64,000 bases of DNA from Octopus vulgaris. Its lineage: Eukaryota. Shown here piece by piece: positions 61,092 through 64,000 of this stretch. Under the pieces are notes generated by a model. It had not been told where the DNA came from. It did no database searches and saw only the letters and a list, made by a program, of their open reading frames with translations. Location of the stretch: positions 6,324,001 to 6,388,000 of the forward strand of contig OX597835.1 in assembly GCA_951406725.2 (NCBI GenBank), written 5' to 3'. The translations under genes were made by a program, and so were the position numbers. Positions within the stretch are counted from its first letter, which is position 1. Each line of letters opens with the position of its first letter.

Positions 61092-64000
61092 ATGTTTGTA
61101 TGTCTGTGTTTGTCCCCCTAGTATTGCTTGACAACCGATGCTGGTGTGTTTACGTCCCCGTCACTTAGCGGTTCGGCAAAAGTGACCGATAGAATAAGTA
61201 CTGGGCTTACAAAGAACAAGTCCCGGGGTCGATTTGCTCGACTAAAGGCAGTGCTCCAGCATGGCTGCAGCCAATTGACTGAAACAAGTAAAAAAATATA
61301 TATATATATATATTTAGGGTACAGACCTGTCTCGGTCATGAATGATCATAGGATTTCACCTGGAAAATTCCCCTTATGAGGAGCAACTCCAGGCAAGGTT
61401 ATTTGTGGAAGACCAGCAGTTGCTCATGCGTCAACCGAAGCCTCGTGATTGCATTTGGGAGACAGAAGTTCGTTACATGTGTACATGTGTGTAAAAATAC
61501 TCGTGCCCCCTAAAAAAGAGGAGGGAAAAAGCACTCACTCACTCAGAAAGAGGTGGGGCTGGTGACAGGAAGAGCATCCGACCATAGAAAACCCTGCCAC
61601 TCAAAGACTGCTCAGTACCCTGTAAAGTAATAACTCGTTTGGTTTTTAATTGCTAGACTAATTCACTAATAAATATATCTTTTCTCTGTTTAAGGAAATG
61701 GAAGTTGATTTGCTGAATTCCATTCTGAACTTACTGACTCATGTTGAGAAACCACCAAGTCTCTTATTCAGGTAATTAATACCTTATTATTAATACAGGT
61801 AATGTTGAGGTAATTAATTATATATATACCACTGTGTAATTAATAGTTCATATCATTAAGTAATTTATTGCATATATTTCGGTTGTTTTACGTCTGTCCC
61901 CCCCCCCCCAACATGGGTTAGAATGAATACATATTATCAAGCATTGTTTTAGTACTGGACGCTCTTCCTATTGCTGAGTAATAAAGTTTGCATCTCGGTT
62001 GTGTGGGGAAGTGCAGTCGTACCAGATGACACCGTATATCAACTCTCTGCAGCATGTGAACATTCACATAGACATACACACACACACACACCTGACAGGC
62101 TTTGTACAGTTTCCATCTACAAAATTTACAAGGCTATGGGACTAGGATTTGAACCCATCAACTTCATATTCATGAGCCAAACTTATTAAGCACTGCCCAT
62201 GCACCTTCACCCTTCGCTCCATGTATATGTATATCTACCTTCTCTCTCTCTCTCTCTCTCTTTACACCCACCCACACACACACACACATATAAAACATTG
62301 TTATTGTGGTTGTTATGACTGCTAAAGGGTTAAAATAGCCATCTATGTATCATATTTAATGTATATATACACTTGATTGAACAATTACTGCAGTATTGAT
62401 TGTGAGATTACATCCTTTAGCTGTGGTTTTTTGTTTTTGTGTTGTGTTGTGGTGAGGTGTGGTGTAAATTTAAATTATTTCATTATTTATGGTTTAAGAT
62501 GTTGTAAAATTGTTTCCACTTGTCATGTTATATGTTTTGGGTTAAAATAAACAAAAGCAAGAACCCAGTAACTAGTGTTTGTTTTTTGTTGTTTACAGAC
62601 AGATGACTCATTTGTTGTTTACGATAAACCATGAAGAGCCCAAGAAGTTATTGTATGATGTGATATTGGTAAGTTACAGCATAGGCTTTCATTTAAATAA
62701 AAAAAATTGTGTGCGTGTGTGTGTGTGTGTGTTTGTGTAACACAGTATATGTCAAAACCAGGCAAAGTCTGCTGTGCTTTCGAATACTCTGCATCTTTAA
62801 CCCTTTCGTTACCAACCCGGCTCTAGCTCTATAGTACAAATGTCTTGTTTTCATAAATTTTGAATTAAAATCTTAGTCACAATTGAATTAAAATCTTAGT
62901 CACAATTTATGTTCCTAACACTAGCTGAATGATAACCAAGTTATTTTACTAAATTCTTTGTTATATTTAAAGTAATTGAAAGAAACACAGAGCATCTCAA
63001 AATAAGTTCAGTAACGAAAGGGTTAAATGGATCTTACCTGGTTAAATACTACAACCTAAAAGTGTTGTTAGGGGAAACTGTGGAAGAGGAAGACAAGGTG
63101 GTAAGGCATTATCTCTGAATGTGGGGCCTCGTGGAGGCTGTGACGAGTGACCGCAACCTTTGGCACTTTGCTCTGCTTAAGAAGACTCATGAAGCCAAGT
63201 GAAATCAGTCGTGGCCAGTGACATGTTACAACAGCCATGCCAGTGACATGTAAAAGGCACCCGCTACACTGTTGGGGGCAGTTGGCATTAGGAAGGGCAT
63301 CCAGCCATAGATACCAAGCCAATATCAGACTGGAACCTGGGGCAGCTCTCTGACTTACCAGTTCTAGTCAAGCCGTCTAACCCATACCAACATAAAAAAC
63401 AGACGTTAAATGAAGATAAAAACACATATATTAAGTATGTGACTGATTTTATATATGCCTGTGTGTGTATACATATATGTATATATATATATAGAGAGAG
63501 AGAAAGAGATTTATACTGTATGTTTGCACACACACACATATACACATTTGTTTTGTGTTAATCTTAAGTTTTCCATGCTAGTATGGGTTAGATGGATGCA
63601 TATAAATTAGACATTGTTTTTTCTAAAACTCTATGCCTCTGCCTCAAAACCAGAACAATTGGTGAGATCTTACTCTAAGATAATACATATATATCTTCTA
63701 TTAATCCATCACGATCCATGCCACATTAATCTAGGACAGTGCTTTTCAACATTTTTGCTGGAGCGGAACCCCAAGGAAGCATTCCACTGGCTCGAGGAAC
63801 CCCTGTGCAATAATTTAATAGTCTTATGCACACATATCTGCACAGGAGAATTAAAAATTACTGTTGATTTTAGCAGTTTTGTAACTTCTTGCGGAGCCCT
63901 AAGGTTCCGCGGAACACTGGTTGAAAACCACTGATCTAGGATAATGAACCAACATAATTGATGCCAATTTCTCTCCTTCCATTTTCCAGAAACTGTCCCA
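14423..64000 (+). CDS. UTP20: Small subunit processome component 20 homolog (UTP20/DRIM), exons 1-37; gene continues past the window
   Basis: Spliced translation is collinear with recalled metazoan UTP20 (LVVQLAKDLQHDFY, IRRFAAESFGFLIRK, GIGRLLFEVMKGV, VPLRYLIG, VNPYRENL); all introns GT-AG with consistent phases except an internal frameshift in exon 12. Confidence 0.93.
15915..15995 (+). CDS. UTP20: UTP20 exon 2
   Basis: tttag|FKKFSDRVAAVKIDVVHKIRQPTEDSE|gtaaga. Confidence 0.9.
16089..16477 (+). mobile_element. SINE family A, full length
   Basis: Matches family A consensus; followed by an RTE C-terminal fragment at ~16490-16810. Confidence 0.8.
16930..16996 (+). CDS. UTP20: UTP20 exon 3
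   Basis: DYETYFQAALIKWTSLNHTNDY|gtaagt. Confidence 0.9.
17031..17245 (+). repeat. Degenerate tandem copies (~67-bp period) of the 3' half of UTP20 exon 3
   Basis: ctcattRaatggact...caN.caaa.gac.ac.gta recurs at ~17031, 17097, 17164 and 17227. Confidence 0.7.
18294..18355 (+). CDS. UTP20: UTP20 exon 4
   Basis: TFVADIASQSRTFVQLVHHE. Confidence 0.9.
19029..19250. mobile_element. piggyBac-like MITE
   Basis: TTAA-CCCTTTAG...CTAAACGG-TTAA. Confidence 0.65.
19301..19371 (+). CDS. UTP20: UTP20 exon 5
   Basis: DQIVATLIKHLSVPDSMAYEALL. Confidence 0.9.
19740..20043 (+). mobile_element. 5'-truncated CR1-type LINE, 3' end
   Basis: FFTPAPEHRLRGHSEKLYMRRFHLNRRRGAFSIRV...FKVSLD, then a (TAAC)n tail. Confidence 0.75.
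20693..20887 (+). CDS. UTP20: UTP20 exon 6
   Basis: LVVQLAKDLQHDFYKHF...LSYLFKFLWRYMAKDIKTVF. Confidence 0.93.
20948..21332. repeat. 36-bp minisatellite, ~10.7 copies, each unit an internal palindrome
   Basis: Unit gtatgggttgg-ACAGTTTGACAG-gag-CTGTCAAACT(gt). Confidence 0.95.
22241..22325 (+). CDS. UTP20: UTP20 exon 7
   Basis: YYSPILDANNRPYIRRFAAESFGFLIRK. Confidence 0.92.
22414..23425 (-). mobile_element. Head-to-tail array of five SINE family B units
   Basis: ~180-bp units starting cctatttctttactacc at ~22415, 22824, 23008 and 23192, plus a terminal head segment; first unit interrupted by a MITE. Confidence 0.8.
22482..22703. mobile_element. piggyBac-like MITE inserted in a SINE TTAA
   Basis: Host motif ggaTTAAgtc, intact in neighbouring units, is split with a duplicated TTAA; CCCTTTAG / CTAAAGGG termini. 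Confidence 0.85.
23788..23847 (+). CDS. UTP20: UTP20 exon 8
   Basis: VKDPDRVLDLIFESFNHRSQ. Confidence 0.88.
24404..24481 (+). CDS. UTP20: UTP20 exon 9
   Basis: YILGIGRLLFEVMKGVRQHMHSCAET. Confidence 0.92.
24784..25004. mobile_element. piggyBac-like MITE, second family
   Basis: TTAA flanks; homologous to 62801-63022 and a partial copy at ~58611-58748. Confidence 0.7.
25436..25603 (+). CDS. UTP20: UTP20 exon 10
   Basis: IFPLILQRIGPH...HLDPLWPILL, phase 0/0. Confidence 0.87.
25862..26248 (+). mobile_element. SINE family A, full length
   Basis: Matches family A consensus. Confidence 0.8.
26534..26674 (+). CDS. UTP20: UTP20 exon 11
   Basis: SHVKLRQKLW...FKHGSLVNNPDAVAE, phase 0/0. Confidence 0.87.
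26970..27190 (-). mobile_element. Restriction-like endonuclease fragment of an R4/Dong/HERO-type non-LTR element
   Basis: KRDKYCQIIDVAIPNDKNVVSKEVEK...VKVIPVVIRALSSIPLKLQDFL matches the RLE pattern IIDV.VP.D.....KE.EK...VIPVVIGALG. Confidence 0.7.
27195..27640 (+). mobile_element. (GAT)n-tailed repeat family C (RTE 3' UTR-derived) with internal ~68-bp repeats
   Basis: gcacgtaaaaagcacc...ggcgttaggaagggcatccagc...ggacgttaaacgatgatgatg; many copies in both orientations. Confidence 0.75.
27953..28091 (+). CDS. UTP20: UTP20 exon 12 (apparent frameshift near 28055-28061)
   Basis: VLCIVLKSSLDLPEVLLSNILNCVSSLLQGCHEKL, then LPSSLTEVINL in a shifted frame; 139 nt between phase-0 junctions. Confidence 0.8.
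28723..29115 (-). mobile_element. SINE family A, full length
   Basis: Reverse complement of family A consensus. Confidence 0.8.
29634..29711 (+). CDS. UTP20: UTP20 exon 13
   Basis: SFGHKFPSNQIYPFAKTLFTEPFFEE. Confidence 0.83.
29755..30615 (+). mobile_element. Degenerate RTE-clade LINE, 3' part of ORF
   Basis: GLRVNLAKTKVL, Cys-rich insert, SFCYLGD, WAKFRELLPLL, KGRLYDACVRTAMLHGSETW; multiple stops. Confidence 0.85.
30989..31240 (+). mobile_element. tRNA-headed repeat (family D) with a degenerate hammerhead motif
   Basis: A box TGGCATAGTGG, B box GTTCGATTCC, (AAT)n, then CTGAAGA-A-GGCTG..CAGCC-AAAATGTTGTGTT. Confidence 0.65.
31264..31482. mobile_element. piggyBac-like MITE
   Basis: TTAA-CCCTTTAG...CTAAAGGG-TTAA. 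Confidence 0.75.
31525..31709 (+). CDS. UTP20: UTP20 exon 14
   Basis: SVLASLIGFIQSK...YFMDFHTSVK. Confidence 0.85.
32825..32953 (+). CDS. UTP20: UTP20 exon 15
   Basis: SAGSRQPYTF...LLWAALVCIPNI. Confidence 0.85.
34470..34561 (+). CDS. UTP20: UTP20 exon 16
   Basis: CSDTDLSVLQHTIDGLWCQVTESEETSPIK. Confidence 0.8.
34859..34964 (+). CDS. UTP20: UTP20 exon 17
   Basis: LQLSILHEAALCLHFNGLKEFWNWITFDKIKSLL. Confidence 0.82.
35088..35273 (+). mobile_element. Family C insertion with 53-bp target-site duplication
   Basis: 35035-35087 is identical to 35274-35326. Confidence 0.85.
35690..35890 (-). mobile_element. Penelope-like pLTR-type repeat with variant hammerhead motif
   Basis: Minus strand TCTTT-CTGTCAAA-GAGCgtagGCTC-GAAACGTA-AAAGA; homolog at ~51600-51795. 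Confidence 0.5.
35938..36138. mobile_element. hAT (Charlie-like) MITE
   Basis: TIRs CAGTGCTTTTCAA / TTGAAAACCACTG; 8-bp TSD CGTTAGAC. Confidence 0.88.
37357..37510 (+). CDS. UTP20: UTP20 exon 18
   Basis: CCSTSMRALQITDLYF...LLEANLSHYSHT. Confidence 0.87.
38407..38472 (+). CDS. UTP20: UTP20 exon 19
   Basis: IRLLTLQILSQFHLKLPFLEDP. Confidence 0.87.
38537..38739. mobile_element. piggyBac-like MITE
   Basis: TTAA-CCCTTTAG...CTAAAGGG-TTAA; near reverse complement of 7928-8146. Confidence 0.75.
39305..39485. repeat. 60-bp tandem repeat, ~2.5 copies
   Basis: ggtactcacctgacctttaaggcctcctacatggcactacatggcttttaagt repeated at period 60. Confidence 0.8.
40343..40498 (+). CDS. UTP20: UTP20 exon 20
   Basis: SLNQPGVFRICLDAEKIPPTVHDFRETLRHLQYL...PRFEQ. 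Confidence 0.9.
41579..41735 (+). CDS. UTP20: UTP20 exon 21
   Basis: VPLRYLIGNLFINFKPIWEPVHRLIASHA...FWEVY. Confidence 0.92.
41825..42010. repeat. Degenerate (CAC/CAT)n low-complexity tract
   Basis: Seen directly; gives spurious His-rich and Val-rich ORFs. Confidence 0.85.
42705..43088 (+). mobile_element. SINE family A, full length
   Basis: Matches family A consensus. Confidence 0.8.
43243..43486 (+). CDS. UTP20: UTP20 exon 22
   Basis: GSVPAPS...FFREHLWKNMLLFPQVCEGNSKLLSSVLFRFV. Confidence 0.9.
43629..43861 (+). mobile_element. Young full-length SINE family B nested in an older antisense relative
   Basis: 14-bp TSD ggtacttaatgatc at 43615-43628 and 43862-43875. Confidence 0.85.
44483..45019 (+). 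CDS. UTP20: UTP20 exon 23 (long acidic tract plus basic cluster)
   Basis: NEYYQVDTESAALQNI, then an E/D-rich tract and KKKKKKRNRKKK; phase 2/2. Confidence 0.9.
46108..46198 (+). CDS. UTP20: UTP20 exon 24
   Basis: QLLNHFVLFSKFKHGGSLHQSHQLKELYNK. Confidence 0.9.
46260..46653 (+). mobile_element. Non-autonomous Helitron
   Basis: A|TCTTTATATATAAAAG start, GC-rich subterminal hairpin, CTAG|T end, no TSD. Confidence 0.8.
46665..46857. mobile_element. Tc2/pogo-like MITE
   Basis: TIRs ACGTATTTGATGGCATA / TATGCCATCAAATATGG. Confidence 0.6.
46948..47350 (-). mobile_element. SINE family A, full length
   Basis: Reverse complement of family A consensus. Confidence 0.8.
47713..47798 (+). CDS. UTP20: UTP20 exon 25
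   Basis: FLQHRDLKVQKMAFECLMTFPNKDVNPY. Confidence 0.9.
47810..48042. repeat. (CT)n-rich microsatellite
   Basis: Seen directly; similar tract at 52760-53020. Confidence 0.9.
48845..48970 (+). CDS. UTP20: UTP20 exon 26
   Basis: ENLIHILENKGFRAELARF...EHRTSVFQILS. Confidence 0.9.
48989..49242 (+). mobile_element. tRNA-derived SINE, separate family
   Basis: A box tggcttagtgg, B box gtttcgattcc, CORE-like ttgtgttcttgagcaaaacactt, (TTTA) tail; relatives near 36458 and, on the minus strand, near 34200-34385. Confidence 0.7.
49830..49972 (+). CDS. UTP20: UTP20 exon 27
   Basis: ILCGVLKNKK...FVEVVLKPWLDFSA. Confidence 0.87.
50636..50876 (-). mobile_element. Family D tRNA-headed repeat with hammerhead motif, second copy
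   Basis: Minus strand GACAC-CTGATGA-A-GGCTG-gagggtatat-CAGCC-GAAACATGTT. Confidence 0.65.
51112..51184 (+). CDS. UTP20: UTP20 exon 28
   Basis: YSSFEQLKNSIDLTKIFPPTMFQ. Confidence 0.8.
51940..52385 (-). repeat. Three tandem ~155-bp copies of the RTE ORF end and start of the 3' UTR
   Basis: cttggcttga...cttctcaagc...ccaaagg..tcggtcacttg.cactgcc recurs three times; reverse complement of 30515-30615. Confidence 0.7.
52492..52687 (+). CDS. UTP20: UTP20 exon 29
   Basis: FSNLIWLILRKLGHYLQSYLQNILHVILGMIATV...LRLYQ. Confidence 0.85.
53817..54232 (-). mobile_element. SINE family B dimer
   Basis: Two units joined at gacgaaatacctatttc. Confidence 0.8.
54551..54628 (+). CDS. UTP20: UTP20 exon 30
   Basis: FFKVFETYSFTPQDIDSIFDVVVWPK. 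Confidence 0.9.
56034..56113 (+). CDS. UTP20: UTP20 exon 31
   Basis: IVTLPKDCLNGPTFLLRLLNIWSKNP. Confidence 0.9.
56655..57305 (-). mobile_element. Family C element with an expanded internal ~63-bp tandem array (~7 units)
   Basis: ggatggtgc recurs at 56879, 56942, 57005 and 57068; (CAT)n at the left end. Confidence 0.8.
57373..57599 (+). CDS. UTP20: UTP20 exon 32
   Basis: LFPCFLKTK...GSGAHSQDVK. Confidence 0.85.
58235..58364 (+). CDS. UTP20: UTP20 exon 33
   Basis: LGTEVLKPHSESIMTYL...RELSILS. Confidence 0.88.
59389..59608. mobile_element. mariner-like MITE
   Basis: TIR cores gctgaaaagttcctggttt / aaagccaggaacttttcagc. Confidence 0.6.
59625..59870 (+). mobile_element. Probable RTE/BovB-type LINE 3' end with two degenerate C2H2 fingers
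   Basis: FECSVWQKVCKSKGGLKRHFTIH...WICNL..AFRTLSGLKSHIRCH; no TGEKP linker. Confidence 0.5.
59884..60254 (-). mobile_element. Non-autonomous Helitron, same family as 46260-46653
   Basis: Reverse complement has a TC start and CTAG end; partial third copy at ~28176-28362. Confidence 0.8.
60322..60412 (+). CDS. UTP20: UTP20 exon 34
   Basis: ISADVTDSRLCSDLVRLLLPFLIKKIPRTT. Confidence 0.87.
60908..61291 (+). mobile_element. SINE family A
   Basis: Matches family A consensus. Confidence 0.8.
61695..61771 (+). CDS. UTP20: UTP20 exon 35
   Basis: EMEVDLLNSILNLLTHVEKPPSLLF. Confidence 0.87.
62599..62668 (+). CDS. UTP20: UTP20 exon 36
   Basis: QMTHLLFTINHEEPKKLLYDVIL. Confidence 0.83.
62801..63022. 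mobile_element. piggyBac-like MITE, second family
   Basis: TTAA-CCCTTTCGTTAC...GTAACGAAAGGG-TTAA. Confidence 0.8.
63070..63418 (+). mobile_element. RTE LINE 3' terminus: ORF end contiguous with family C sequence
   Basis: WGLVEAVTSDRNLWHFALLKKTHEAK*, then ...taaaaggcaccc...ggcattaggaagggcatccagc...gacgttaaatgaagat. Confidence 0.7.
63737..63933. mobile_element. hAT (Charlie-like) MITE
   Basis: Same TIRs as 35938-36138; 8-bp TSD ATCTAGGA. Confidence 0.88.
63990..64000 (+). CDS. UTP20: UTP20 exon 37 (start only)
   Basis: Strong pyrimidine tract plus cag, then KLS in phase 0; cut by the window end. Confidence 0.6.

Overview
AT-rich, repeat-dense animal genomic DNA, very probably from an octopus or other coleoid cephalopod (inferred from the repeat families and the short C2H2 gene). 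There are two protein-coding loci on the + strand. The first is a 9-finger C2H2 zinc-finger gene with an uninterrupted CDS (5028-5936). The second is the 5' half of UTP20, the HEAT-repeat SSU processome component, reconstructed by hand as 37 GT-AG exons from 14423 to the window end (about 1520 codons). As written, UTP20 exon 12 has a frameshift in a CT microrepeat. Between the two genes lie an inverted relic of a paralogous zinc-finger exon and a degenerate Gypsy-type LTR element with a tRNA-Trp primer-binding site and a gag N-terminus. Introns contain two tRNA-derived SINE families; RTE, CR1 and RLE-type LINE fragments; piggyBac-, hAT-, Tc2- and mariner-like MITEs; and Helitrons. The most notable oddities are tRNA-headed repeats carrying Penelope-type minimal hammerhead motifs, a tandem array of 36-bp hairpins, tandem relics of UTP20 exon 3, and SINE concatemers joined at a fixed self-complementary junction. 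All family assignments come from motif recognition and recalled sequences; no database searches were run.
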